A stretch of DNA of 64,000 nucleotides from Eledone cirrhosa (GCA_964016885.1 OZ024752.1:21576001-21640000), one strand, 5' to 3'. Counted from the first letter of the stretch, positions 28,560 to 41,647 are shown. The notes: generated from the letters alone by a model not told the origin. Program-made: numbers and translations.

Positions 28560-29214
28560 TCATAATCTATAAAGCTCAGTGTATGGTCATATTTCTTTGT
28601 TATAGAAATCTACGATATAGAATTTCTTCAATTGAAATTTACAATTCAGTATTCGAAATAGCTTCAATTGGGTCATGGCACATATATTCTTTTCAATTTC
28701 ACCCACAATTACGCCAAAAATCGATAAAACTCAATATTTTACGATTTTACCTCTCTCATTTCAACTGCTAAACTCTTTCCATTACCCTTCAAAATCTATA
28801 CAACTTCATACTTCCTGCTACTTTCTCTTTCCAAGCTGAAACAACTATTCTTTTCATTTTACATTGTTCATGTTGATGGTGATACTGTCCGTTTTACTCT
28901 CTCACTCATACACTTTACAGACTAAACAACAAAAACATTAGCCACATTAACGTACAATTTCGTTTATTCTAAATGTGAGTCTTCAAACTGATTTATTTAT
29001 TTGCAAACACATACAAACACACACTCACATCAAATGAATAATTAAACTTTAAATCAATTTAACCACGTGCCGGATTTCTAACCACACATTCACACTTCAT
29101 TAACAAATAAAAATTCTAATTTGCGACAATTATTTTCTTTCAATCGGTTGTTAATCTTCATGGGGATAATACTACCCTTCCTCAGCCCAGAGCAACGCCG
29201 GGCACTTCTGCTAG
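28560..29214 (+). mobile_element. Non-autonomous Helitron
   Basis: A|TC...gcccagagcaacgccgggc..CTAG|T with no TSD. The empty site (cactttcata|tttattat) is present in the inverted duplicate at ~24625-24645. Confidence 0.88.
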
Positions 29215-29337
29215 TTTATTATATTTTTGTTTTGTAAATCCACTTTCAATAAATACACTAGGAGTTTTTCATTCTGATGAATGAAAGCAAATTTGTTTGC
29301 TTTCAAGAATCCACTGGTAAATGAAATAATTATCTTA

Positions 29338-29376
<39 letters not shown>

Positions 29377-29542
29377 TGTTTTTACTTTGGGAGGGTCATG
29401 CTGCTAATAAAATCACATGCAGCATGACCCTCCTGAAGTATAACAATATCTGTTTCAACACACGTTTTCAGATAAGAAATCCTGCAAAACAAATTCAAAA
29501 ACGAAATACGAAATAAATAAATAAATATATATATATATATAT

Positions 29543-30090
29543 CATCATCATCATTTTACGTCCACTTTTCCCTGCTTGCAAGGGTGGGACGGGTCCTATT
29601 CAGCACAGCATCTCTCGACTTGTCACGGTCCTTCGTCATCTCCACCGTGAGCTTCAGCAATCTGAGGTCTCCTCTCACCACCTCCGCCCATGTTTATCGT
29701 GGTCTTCCTCTACTACGTCTTCCTTCAACTGGCATTTCTTGGCACTTTTTCACCCATCGGTCATCCTCCATGCGCATCACATGTCCATACTATCTCAGTC
29801 TCCTCTCTCACACACTACATTCTATCCCTCTCAGACACAGTTTCTCTCTCAACAGATCCATGCTGGGTCGTTCACGCACATTGACATTGTACATCCAACG
29901 GAGCATGCTTGCTTCATTTCTCTCCAGCCATCGCATATACTCTGCAGTTGCTGCCCATGTCTCACTACCATGCAGCATCGCGCTCCTCACACAGGCATCA
30001 TATAACCGGCCTTTCGTACGCTGGGAGAAACCTTTCTTCGTCAGCAGAGGAAGCAGCTCCCTAAACTTCTTCCAACTCATCCTTATTCTG
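29543..30090 (-). mobile_element. RTE LINE 3' fragment
   Basis: WKKFRELLPLL..LHGSETWA..LERNEASMLRW; (GAT)n tail. Confidence 0.92.
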
Positions 30091-30421
30091 GAGAAGAAAA
30101 ATTATTAGTTTTTACATACATATTTAGAGAGGAAAGTTCATATTTCTGTCCGAGGTTATCCCTCGTTCTCTGCTAGAGGTGGTAGTAGTTTTAAATTTTT
30201 GGTTCTGTAAAAACTAATAATTTTTCTTCTCCATTTTATTATTATTCGTATAAATATGCAACTTAACTGCACTTTGCACTTCCGCCATTGAAAAAGCATA
30301 TAATGCTGAAACTGGTACCACGATTAAATGTGGAAATACCCACTTTATAAATAAATGTTTTGATATTACATTGAAAAAATCCCTCCAGCATTTTCTAGTG
30401 TACTTTTTCCTTTTTCTATTT

Positions 30422-30466
<45 letters not shown>

Positions 30467-31639
30467 TATATAAACTCATGCATTTTGAGACATGCACACT
30501 AACATGAAAGCATGCATAGATTAGAAGCCATGTAGAAAGTTATTGATGATATTGCTGGAAAGTATATAGGAACATGTGATAATTTGTACTTGACAATCAA
30601 CAAATATTTGAAACAACAGCTTGGAGACAGACAGCTGTTAGGCACAAGATGGTTAATAAAACTAGAAGAAAATATTCTAGAATTGAAAATATATATGAAC
30701 CATTGTAAGCTGTAAGGTGAAGAACAATATGGTGCACTGACTACATCTTAACAAAATAAAAACAAAACAAAACAAACGGAAACAGACTACACTGTACACC
30801 TCAACCACCTTTACAACCAATATCTGCAGCACCAACACCACCAGCACCACCAAAAGCACCAGTACCACCAGCATCAGCACCATCTCTACCACCACCTCTA
30901 CAACTACTATCTGCACCACCACCATCCACATCAACATTTTACATCCATTTTCCATGCTGGGATGGGTTGGACAGTTCATCACATCTTATTCATATGTTGC
31001 ATATTTTAGCATCATGGTTTCTATAGCTGGAAGCCCTTCTTAATGCCAGTCTCTTTACAGATATTACAGGGTACATTTTATTGTTGTACCAGCATTAAAG
31101 AAGTTTTACATTTTGTGTGAAATACTATGTGTTTACGTAGTAAATGATAGTTAAAAGACTACCTATTACAAATGCTTCTCAAACTCAGAGAATATCAAAC
31201 ATAAGGTCATAGCACTTGTCTCAAAGATTTGGGCAATGCTAACATTTTTTTTAAAATCTGCAATGCACACTTAAAATTTTCTACAGAAATAATATGCTGC
31301 TACAAAAGGAACTTCAAACATCACTGGTGACAACTCGCTATATTATACTAAAAGAAGAGAAAGAAATAAAGAAATATATAGAAATATATTTTTGTAAATA
31401 AGACAATAGAACCGTGTGGAAATGGAAGCACCAATTGAAACATAAGTTTTAAATCTCCGAAGCCGTTTTTGAAAGTATTGAAGAAGACAAGAAAACACAC
31501 TTCGATCTTCCGATGTGGAAGAGGCTCCTATCAGAAGAAACCGTCACCGAATCATTATTTTTCTTACCTGTTGTACAAACCTGGCTGGACACAGAACACT
31601 GCACGAACATTCTAAAAGTTCTATAGAGTTATGAAATAA

Positions 31640-31815
31640 TTGTTTCTACTTTAGGCACAAGGCCAGCAATTACCCAGTGCATTACTGGTACTTTATTTTA
31701 TCGACCCCGTAAGGATGAAAGGCAAAGTCAACCTCGGCGGGATTTGAACTCAGATCGTAAAGGGACGTAACTATGCTGGAAAGCATAGCGTCCGACCCTC
31801 TACCGATACTGCGAA
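31640..31815 (-). mobile_element. tRNA-derived SINE (further minus-strand copies ~35180-35362, ~36810-36935, ~57045-57190, ~57530-57680)
   Basis: Reverse complement of the SINE consensus at 38152-38332. Confidence 0.85.
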
Positions 31816-31944
31816 TGACGAACATCATTAAGTAATGTCAGTTTCATGAGGAGATAAAACGCCTCCATCCTTTTGAGAAAAAAAAAAAAAAAATGAGTAT
31901 AAATCCTGGAAAACTGTAAAGGAATGCTATTAACTCTTTACACT

Positions 31945-33700
31945 GGGATCATCTGCTCGAGGCCTGCCTCAGCCGAGCCCCCTCTGCCTACCCACTGGCC
32001 TACCTGTCATATGGAGCCCCGAGCATGCTCCTAGCTGCTGATACGGGGTCAAACAGGGCGACCCTTTGGGACCCCTCCTGTTCGCCCTTGGTATTGACCA
32101 CATCGCCCGGAGTATCACGGCCCCTCTCAACGTTTGGTATCTGGATGATGCTACGTTGGGCGGGCCCATACGGACGGTCTGCCAAGACCTTCAATCGGTG
32201 ATTCCTGCCGTGGCGGGAATCGGCCTCCAGGTCAACTCGGCCAAGTCGGAGGTGGTGAACGTCAGCCTCGATGCTGTGAGCTTTGCAGCCTCCGTCTTGG
32301 ATGTGCGGTCCATTCTCCGCCAGGTTCAGGTGACCTTCAATGAGGATGTCCTCATCCTCGGGTCACCGATCCACCCGCCGGCCATCCGCTCCACCATCAG
32401 GTCCAGGCTTCAACAGCTCCAGACTCTCACGAGCCGACTAGGCTTGATTGACGGCCACCCAGCTTTCTTTCTGCTGAGGAACTGCTTCACCATGCCGAAG
32501 CTCCTCTATACACTCCGCAGCGCTCCATGCTACACCCAGACATCTCTCCTCGCTGACCTCGATACTTGTATCCGAGCAGCAGCTGAGGGGATATGCAATG
32601 TCAAGTTTGACAACATAGGGTGGCAACAGGCCACTTTACCGGTCAGGTATGGTGGCCTTGGCCTCCGGTCCCTGATCTCACTAGCTTTGCTGGCGTATCT
32701 TTCGTCGGTAACCTTGTGCCTTGTCCTCGTCAGCAGGGTTCTTCAAAACACAACAGAACCCTCTGTGTTCAGAGAACGTGAGACCGCCTGTGAGACGTGG
32801 GACCGGCTGGGACTTAGCCCAGTAGACGTCCCTCCTCCTTCTCCACCTGTTGACGTCAAGTCCCCCCAATGCACTTGGGATGCCATCCAGTGCAGCCTGG
32901 CCTCAGACAGGCTCACGCGCCAGCTCGACCAGCACCACCTTGCTTGATTTTGTGCGACTCCAAACACCACAGTGGTACTGGCTCCATGCCCTGCCCTCCT
33001 TCTCCACTGGCACGCAGCTAGACAACCGTAGCCTGCGAATCGGCGTTTCCCTGAGGCTCGGCCTCCGGATCTGCCAGCCACACCAATGTCGCTGCGGTTC
33101 CCCCGTGGACTCTTTCGGCCTCCACCCGCTTTCCTGTCGCCACAGTGCCGGCCGCATTCCACGCTTAGCTGCCCTCAAGGAGGTCATTAAGCATGGCTTG
33201 GATGCTGAAGGCTTCCCTTCCCAGCTCGAGCCGGTGGGGCTGGATCGAGGGGACGGCAAAAGGCATGACCATCTTCCCGCTGCGCGGTGGTAAACTCCTC
33301 GTCTGGGATGCCACTTGCACCGACACTTTCTGCAGCCGCAACCTGGTGCAGTCTGCGACTGACCCATGTTCTGCTGCACGTCGGGCTGAGGGGGCCAAAC
33401 TCCTCAAATACCGGTCGCTCTCTGACACGCTTGTGGTCGTACCCCTGGCAGTGGAGATTTCTGGTGTCCTCGGCCCCAGGGCTACCTCCTTACTCACTAC
33501 CATAGGCGCTGAGCTGGCCAGCCGCAGGTGTGAGCCCCGCGAGTTGGAGTGGCTTTTCCAGCGCATCTCCCTTGCCGTCCTCCGGGGAAACGCCTTCTCC
33601 ATTCTGTCCGCCGGGGTTGTGGTTGGGCCCCATCGCGTACCAATACATTAGTTAAATACCATTCTTTCATCTGATACAACACAATAAATACTAAAGTGAC
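31945..33700 (+). mobile_element. 5'-truncated CRE-type non-LTR retrotransposon (RT + zinc knuckle + RLE)
   Basis: [60 protein letters not shown] few stops and frameshifts; visibly GC-rich. Confidence 0.9.
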
Positions 33701-35384
33701 TAAAGAAGTTGTCATGTGCTTAGTTAGATTGGAGAGTCCTTTCATTCCCAATCACTTTGCTGAGGATATTAGGTGTATTTTATCGTGGCACCAGCAGTAG
33801 AGAGGTTGTCAAGCCCTTAAGAAGAACAAAGGGTCCTTTCTACTCTATGTTGATTTGGTTCATTCATCAGCCACTTTATAGGGGACACTCACTGTAGTCC
33901 ATTAGGTTGTCCCATCCACTTCAGGCTAAAAGGGACCTCTCCAGTCTTCACTCTCCATTCTCCACTGTAGACTTCAATCTCTTACCACATTTACTTTGAT
34001 ACATTTAGAATGATACAAAACCTAAGCCCCTGAGAGTAAATTAATAACCCTGAAAGACGAACTGAAGACTTTGCTGGATGAGAAACTTTATTACTGAAAG
34101 TGATTAAAATCAACAAACCCCCATTAACTGTAAGTTTGTTTCTAACTCGCAAACTACAGAGTTTCCCCCAAAATGTATACATACTTTGATTACCTGTACA
34201 GACAATATTTATTAGAATGCTGTTGAAGTGTATATACATTTTTGGGGGACACATTATATATATCAGAAAATGAAAAGAAACTACCACCACCGCCAGATAT
34301 AAAATGAAGATGATGAGGTGACTAGTTTTCTGTAGAACATAAACATTATATAAAACCAGTATCCAACTATTAACTCTTTTCCTGGTGTCTTCTCATTCAT
34401 TGTGTAGCTTTGCCACAGATATTTAAAAATACTCTTTATAGCATAATTGACATATCAAAACTGGTTTGCCATAGTCAAAGAAATCTGTATACAGTAATAA
34501 AAACAACCACTTTAGAGAAAACTATAGGCTTATTAACGCTTAAACATTATGCCTAAGCTTTACACCAGCTGTTACAATCAATTCCTTCTCTCCATTGCCA
34601 GTCTAACAATGTAGTAACTGAATAGCAGATAGGCGGGGAAAGTGGGAATGTGTCAAACAACTCTTAATTAATAAAATAGTTCTGTCTGAAAAAAGAAAAA
34701 TCGACAGAAATTTTGTAACAGAATGGCTTAACCCTTTTAGCATTTAAACTGACCATATTTGGCCAGAATTTTCTCACCTCTTTCTGTTCAAACTGGCTAT
34801 AACTGACTACTCATACTGATGTTAAGGTATTCTTCTTAAAATAAATAATATCAAAACCTCATAGAATTGATATAATGTGAGGTAAAGCCTTTTCCATGAA
34901 AATATAATAGTAAATATAGAGTAATGTAAATGCTAAAGGCTTAATTACAGAAAAATCTCTTACTTGTGGCTGTTAGAATATTTATACTTGTGCTTGCTGT
35001 AGCCACCATTGAAAAGCTCACAAAAACTTGGTCAACCATCCTTACTGTTGTAATTGTTGTTATAGATCTTTCACGGGGACAGTCTGTTGGCTTTGGTTTT
35101 TTATTGTTGTTGTTGTTGTTTTTAGCACTAAACCCACAGATATTTCTGTTTGGGGTTTACAACAACAATAATAATAATTGTTTCTACTATAGGCACAAGG
35201 CCAGCAATTATCCCAGTGCATTACTGGTACTTTATTTTATCGACCCCCGTAAGGATGAAAGGTAAAGTTAATCTCGGCGGGATTTGAACTCAGAATGGCA
35301 AGGGCAGTAACTCTATGCTGCAACGCATGGCGTCTGCCCCTCTACCGGTGTTGCCAATCCACTAATAATAATAATAATAATAAT

Positions 35385-35760
35385 TGCTTATTGAAATTGA
35401 GAAAATGTGGCACCTGAAGGCCGTTACAATACCAGTAATTGTGGGAGGAACAGAACAATATTTGCGAATGATTCCTGGTTTACCCTCTCTGCACGAGGTG
35501 CAAAAAATTGTCTTGACTGGTACTGCACACATATTGAGAAGAGCACTATCTCTGTAAGATGGATATCCCTCCTTGTATTTACATATGCACATGTGTATAT
35601 ATGTATACTGTTTTGTTTTATTTGTTTTTTAAATTATAATCAATGTGCTGTATTAACTGGCTTACCAATGCACACTGTGAATTTATTTGCCCTAGGTGTC
35701 AGGAAGACACTCGGCCTATATCTTAGAAACAATAATGAAAGAAAAAAAAAAAATAATAAT
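35385..35760 (+). mobile_element. Dong/R4-type element 3' end in (TAA)n
   Basis: Reads LLIEIEKMWHLKAVTIPVIVGG..SLHEVQKIVLTGTAHILRRALSL*, followed by a 3'UTR. (AAT)n lies on both sides. Confidence 0.8.
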
Positions 35761-35832
35761 AATAATAATTGTTTCTGCTTTTGGCACAAGGCCAGCAATT
35801 ATGCCAGAGCATTACTGGTACTTTATTTTATC

Positions 35833-35865
<33 letters not shown>

Positions 35866-36585
35866 TCACAGAGTTTCATGAGCTCTTAGCCCAACTTTAC
35901 AATAAAATGGTTAAGGGGCCACAAAAGATACCATCATGGCTAGTTAATGGCATTACATTCTTACTTCTGAAGAATGATGAGACAAACAATCCCAAAAATT
36001 ACAGACCTATAACTTGCTTGACTACAATGTATAAAATGTTAACACCAATCCTAACTGAATACACATATGATCACCTGATAACAAATGATCTATTTCTCAA
36101 TGAGCAGAAAGGATGTAAACGAGGCTCATATGGCTGTAAGGATCAGCTTTTGATTAACAAAATGATACTGGAAGATTGTCATAATAGACACAAAAATCTA
36201 TCAATTGCTTGGATAGATTATAAAAAAGCATTCGATAGTTTGCCACACAGATTGAAAAGTGTTTAGAGATTTTCAAAATATCTCCCGTTGTCAGGAGGTT
36301 CCTGTTATTCAGTATGAAAACATGGAAAACGACACTCATTTTGAACAATGAAAATAAAATCACTGGAAGCTGGAGAAGTTAATATTAATTGTGGAAATTT
36401 TCAGGGTGACTCTTTATCACCACTTTTATTCTGCATCGCACTTATACCATTAAGTAAAATGCTCAATGAAACAAAACATGGATATAAAGTCTATGACAAA
36501 ACCATTGATCACTTGTTCTTCATGGATGACCTGAAACTATTTGCAAAAAATGATGAGCAATTGCAAGGGCTATTATCCATTGTCT
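35866..36585 (+). mobile_element. Dong/R4-type RT fragment
   Basis: NYRPITCL, EQKGC.RGSYGCKDQLLI, WIDYKKAFDSLPH, FQGDSLSPLLF, HLFFMDDLKL. Starts directly after (AAT)n. Confidence 0.88.
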
Positions 36586-38151
36586 GTTTTAAAATGTTTA
36601 TACTTATATAAAATCTTTGCATGATAAATTTAACTAAGAATCTCTTGTTAAGTTATATTCTAAACACCAGCTTAATAATGAGAAATTTAGATACTTTACT
36701 AAATTATTCTAAATTCTTGATTATTTAAAAAATCAATTGAAATATATTGACAGTCTTTTATTATAAATATGGTAATGAAATGGTCAAAACAAGTGGGATT
36801 TGAAGGATATTTGGCTGTTAATATACTTTTTATTTTATCAACCCCGTAAAGATGAAAGGCAAAGCTAACCTTGGCCATAACTGAATGCCACAAAGCATGT
36901 TGTCTGATGCTTTACTGATACTGCCAATCCACTGCCCATTGTGGAGTGTAATAATAATGTCATTTCTTTGACAGCACTGGACTAAAAACTCTTTCTAACA
37001 ATGGCTACAATGCCAGTATAAAATAATCCCTCTCCAGTAACAGGATTAATACAATGTTCTCTCCCTCTGTCCTCCTAATAAACAATAACAAACCTGTGCT
37101 CAGTCCTTACCCTCCTACACTGACCTTTTCTGATTCAGGTTTTCCTTAACTGCATTGCAATCAAGTAATGCACCAACATTACTATGAATATTTTAGTATT
37201 TTCATATACAAGCTGCATTTTCACATCACTGCATAACTAAAAAATATTTAAAATTATCATCAAACCTTAGTGGCAATTGTTAAACTATAAACTAGGTTCT
37301 CACTCAACATTACTTTTTATATTTAATTGTCTAATTCTGTCATAGTAAGAAGAAGAATATTTTGAAATTACAATTTGATCGATTCTATGAATCATCTGTG
37401 CATTTGACACATCATTAACCATGAAGTTGTATACATGACATGACTGAAATTAGGGCATATGCTTGTATGGAAGAAAATCAATTGGTGTGGTTTGACTGAT
37501 TACAAGGTTTCACTGATGTCTCTTTATCTGTATGTTGAGGTAAATAGGATGTTATCAGGTGCTCCGGTAGTTACCATAGATAGATCTAACTTACATAGAA
37601 CATGTGGTCACTGATGGCTGAGAGACAGATCAATACACCTACATTTTAGTCTTTCAGTAGTTCAATCAATCAATCAATACATAACTATCTCATACAGTAT
37701 GATCAAAAATTGATTGCCAGATATTTACTAATTAATAAACGTACATCAATAGATGATTGGTAGCATTTACTTGGGGACAATGTTTCTTCTAGATAAGTCT
37801 ACAAGTGGGTTTGAACTCATCTTTTGGATGTGTAGAATTAGTAGAGTACCATATAAAATATTCAATGTATGTCTTTATATATCGTAAGTTGAAACAATGC
37901 TGGAATCAACTTTGTCATTCATTCTTTCATCCTTTTACATTTACTTTCCATGTTGGTGAGGGTTTAATGGATCATCATGGTCTGAGACTAAATGAGTTTG
38001 AGAACCATGCCTTGCTCATCTGTTACAGATTTCAGTTTCTACAGTTGAATACTCTTCCTAAAGCCAACCATTTTAGGAAGAGTACTGGGTGCATTTTATA
38101 ATGATCACTTTATAGAGAGTATTGGATGTGTATTATCATGTAACAAGCAGT

Positions 38152-38332
38152 GGCGGTGGATTGGCAGTATCGGTAGAGGGTCGGATGCCATGCTTTGCAG
38201 CATAGAGTTATGGCTCTTTATGATCTGAGCTCAAATCCCGCCAAGGTTGACTTTGCCTTTCATCCTTACGGGGTCGATAAAATAAAGTACCAGTAATTGC
38301 TGGCCTTGTGCCAAAACGTAGAAACAATTATC
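38152..38332 (+). mobile_element. Full-length tRNA-derived SINE with apparent TSD
   Basis: A and B boxes present; attatcatgtaacaagca is repeated on both sides. Confidence 0.85.
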
Positions 38333-38349
38333 ATGTAACAAGCACTGCC

Positions 38350-38790
38350 ACATTATAGAGCTTTGGGTGAATTTTAGTGTAGCACCAGCACTACCACTTG
38401 ACATAATGTACTGGGTCCATTTTACTGAGGCACCAGCCCACTTTACAGAGTGTACTGGGTTCGTTTTACTGTAACACCAGCACTATCACTTTACAGAGTG
38501 TACTGGGTTTATTTTATTGTGGCACCAGTACTAGAGAGGTTGTCATATACTTGATAAAACTGAAGAGTCCTTTCTCCCCTATATTACCTACATTGGATTG
38601 TCAACTTCTTTATAGAGTATACTGGGTATATTTTATTGTAGCACCAGTACTAGAGAGGTTGTCATATACTTGATAAAACTGAAGAGTCCTTTCTCCCCTA
38701 TATTACCTACATTGGATTGCCAACTTCTTTATAGAGTATACTGGGTATATTTTATTGTAGCATCAGCACTAGAGAGATTGTCAAGTCCTT
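38350..38790 (+). repeat. Degenerate tandem repeat plus ~119-bp direct duplication
   Basis: Repeated agagtgtactgggt..ttttattgtagcaccagcact; ~38522-38640 is duplicated at ~38641-38760. Confidence 0.75.
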
Positions 38791-39029
38791 GGCAAGGCTA
38801 AAGGATGCTTTCTACTTTACATAGTCTCAGTTACTAGGGTCAATAAGATAAGTTGCAGTGAAGCATTAAGGGTCAATATCATTGACTGTTTTTCCTACAA
38901 AAGTTATGGCCTTGGCCTATGTTAGAAATCATTATTATTAATTAATCGTTAATATTAATGTTGCCATAGTTGTTAATAATGCAGTTGTATAGTTAATAAT
39001 ACTCTTGATTGTTGTAGCTGTTCATTGTC

Positions 39030-39600
39030 ATCATCTTTGTTGTCATTGGCATCACCATCATCATCTCCATCATCATCTCCATCATCATCACTAACACCAT
39101 CATCATCACCATCATCATCATTATGATCACCATCATCATCACTAACACCATGACCATGACCATCATCATCATTATGATCACCATCATCATCACTAACACC
39201 ATGACCATGACCATCATCATCATTATCATCACCATCATCATCACTAACACCATGACCATGACCATCATCATCATTATCATCACCATCATCATCACTAACA
39301 CCATCACCATCATCATCACTAGCAACATCACCATGAACCCTCCACCACTGTCACCACTGCCACCAACAACAACCACCACCATCATCATCATCACCACCAC
39401 CACCACCATCATCATCATCACCAACCCATCACCAACTTATCACCACCACCACCACAACCACCATCATCATTACCCCAATTACTATCATCATCATTGCCAT
39501 CACCAACCCATCATCATCATCATCATCAACCCATCACCAGCTCCGCCACAACTACCACCACCAATACCGCCACCACCAACACCACCAACAACACCACCAT
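39030..39600. repeat. (CAT/CAC)n cryptic microsatellite with a 51-bp superunit
   Basis: catcatcatcactaacaccatgaccatgaccatcatcatcattat(g/c)atcac is repeated about 4 times. Confidence 0.9.
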
Positions 39601-39691
39601 ATATATATAAGTTTATCCCGGGTTCAATCAGGGGTAACAACAGTAAGTAAGGTACTCAATACAAAGCAAAGTATAAATATTTAATATAGAA

Positions 39692-39744
39692 CAGCTTCTA
39701 CAGGACTAGAACTGTTTCATTCGTGAGAAATCATCAGGAGGCTG
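39692..39744 (-). ncRNA. Type I hammerhead ribozyme candidate
   Basis: cagcctc-CTGATGA-t ttc(tcac)gaa t-GAAA-cag(ttctagtc)ctg-TA-gaagctg. Core intact, stem I 6/7 bp, stem III present, GUA cleavage triplet. Confidence 0.7.
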
Positions 39745-40048
39745 ACTGTCCAAGTAATATGGTGGGATTTATATCTTTTCTGGTGGTAGGAGAGGGTGGT
39801 GATTGGGATGGGTGGAGGTCGTTGGTTGATGGCTTTAAAGAAAAGGGAATTCTTTAAAAGCTATATTTAGAGTAACAAAGGCAGAAAGAATTCTATAAAC
39901 AAGTTCAAACTGGGGGTACCACTCCTTATTTTTAAGGTTCTCTTAAGCTAACAATGCCTATAACCAGGTGTCTACAAGCACATTCCCACACACACACATA
40001 TATAAAGCCCTTACTCCCACACACTCGCAAAAACACACACTCTTATAC

Positions 40049-40093
<45 letters not shown>

Positions 40094-40099
40094 CGTTTG

Positions 40100-40319
40100 A
40101 CAAATTGAACATTGCGGTAGGCAAAACACAACCACACAATACCAAAGTAATGAAAGAACTAACAGGTAACTAAACAGACCTGGACAAATTGGACGATAAA
40201 AAATGTCCGAAGTGTTTCTATGAATCCAAAATCATCCAGGTTTGTTTATTAACCTGTTAGTTCTTTCGTTACTTTGGTATTGCGTGGTTGGGTTTTGCCT
40301 CTCGCAATGTTCAATTTGT
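40100..40319. repeat. Inverted repeat (~85-bp arms) between (TA)n tracts
   Basis: 40100-40184 is the reverse complement of 40235-40319. Confidence 0.8.
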
Positions 40320-40442
40320 GAAGCTATTTAAACGTATGTTATTACTCTAAGGACCTACCTTTATTGAGTGCTTTGCTAACTCATTCTTATTGTAGGTCGA
40401 CTTTGCTTGCCACAGCCAAAGCTTCGATTTTACTAAGCTCCC

Positions 40443-40486
<44 letters not shown>

Positions 40487-40659
40487 ACAACTGCCACTGC
40501 CCATTAAAGATTAATTGCTGAGCCAGTGTTGTACAGTATTGAGAGAGACATGTCAGAAATGAAACTCATTCACATCTTTAAACATTCTAAGCTCTTTGTT
40601 ATCAACAATAATTATCACTTAGGTATTACATTCCATTTCTTTCCTTTTCTTTCTTCTCC

Positions 40660-40690
<31 letters not shown>

Positions 40691-41372
40691 CACATGCATG
40701 CACACATACATGCACACATGCATTCATACACACACTCTCTCTCACATGCACGTGCATGCTCACATGCACACATACACACATGCATATATATTCCAACTCT
40801 TGTAAACAAGAGAAAGCAGATGTAAATGATATATATATATATATATATCATTTAACATCTGCTTTCTTTTGTTTACAAGAGTTGGAAAATATATATATAT
40901 ATATATATATATATGGTTGGTGTTAGGAAGGGCATCCAGCCGTAGAAAACCCGCCAGACAGTCCTATGTGAGCAAGACAACCACTCTTGCCTCATGTGGG
41001 AAAACTCCCGTCCAAACCCATGCAAGCGTGGAAGATGGACGTTAAACGATGATGATGATGATGATGATATATATATATATCATCATCATTTCATCATTTC
41101 ATTTTACGTCCGCTTTTCCCTGCTTGCAAGGGTGGGACGGGAACTGATTTTGGCTTGATTTCTACAGTTGGATGCCCTTCCTAACACCAACCTCATTTAC
41201 AGTGAGTGCTGGGTGCTTTTTTGCCGTGGCGCCTACACGTCGACTTTGCAGTGGAATGATAGGGAACCCAGTCCCTATCATCTAATTTCTACAGCTGAGT
41301 AAACTGGAGCAATGTGAAATAAAATGTCTTTCGATTGCAAGGCCAATGCTCTAACCACTAAGCCATGTGCCT

Positions 41373-41454
<82 letters not shown>

Positions 41455-41459
<5 letters not shown>

Positions 41460-41625
41460 TTCTACAGGATTAGAACTGTTTCATTCAAATAAAATCATCA
41501 GGAAAGGGGCTTTCTAATGATTTCTGTTGAATTAAACAGTTCTAGTCCTGTAGAAGCCATTTCTATATTAAATTTGATGTTTACTCTTTACTAATGTATT
41601 GAGTACCTTATTTACTGTGGTTAAC
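41455..41625. repeat. Head-to-head pair of the hammerhead-bearing pLTR family
   Basis: The minus copy 41456-41505 has an intact CTGATGA..GAAA core. The plus copy 41508-41560 has a mutated core. 41560-41625 matches the reverse complement of 39630-39690. Confidence 0.75.
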
Positions 41626-41647
41626 CCCAATTGAACAAACGCCCCCC

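Noticed and set aside
38993-39650. Met/Val-rich and Ile/Thr/His/Pro-rich ORFs
   Set aside because: Translations of (CAT/CAC)n trinucleotide repeats.
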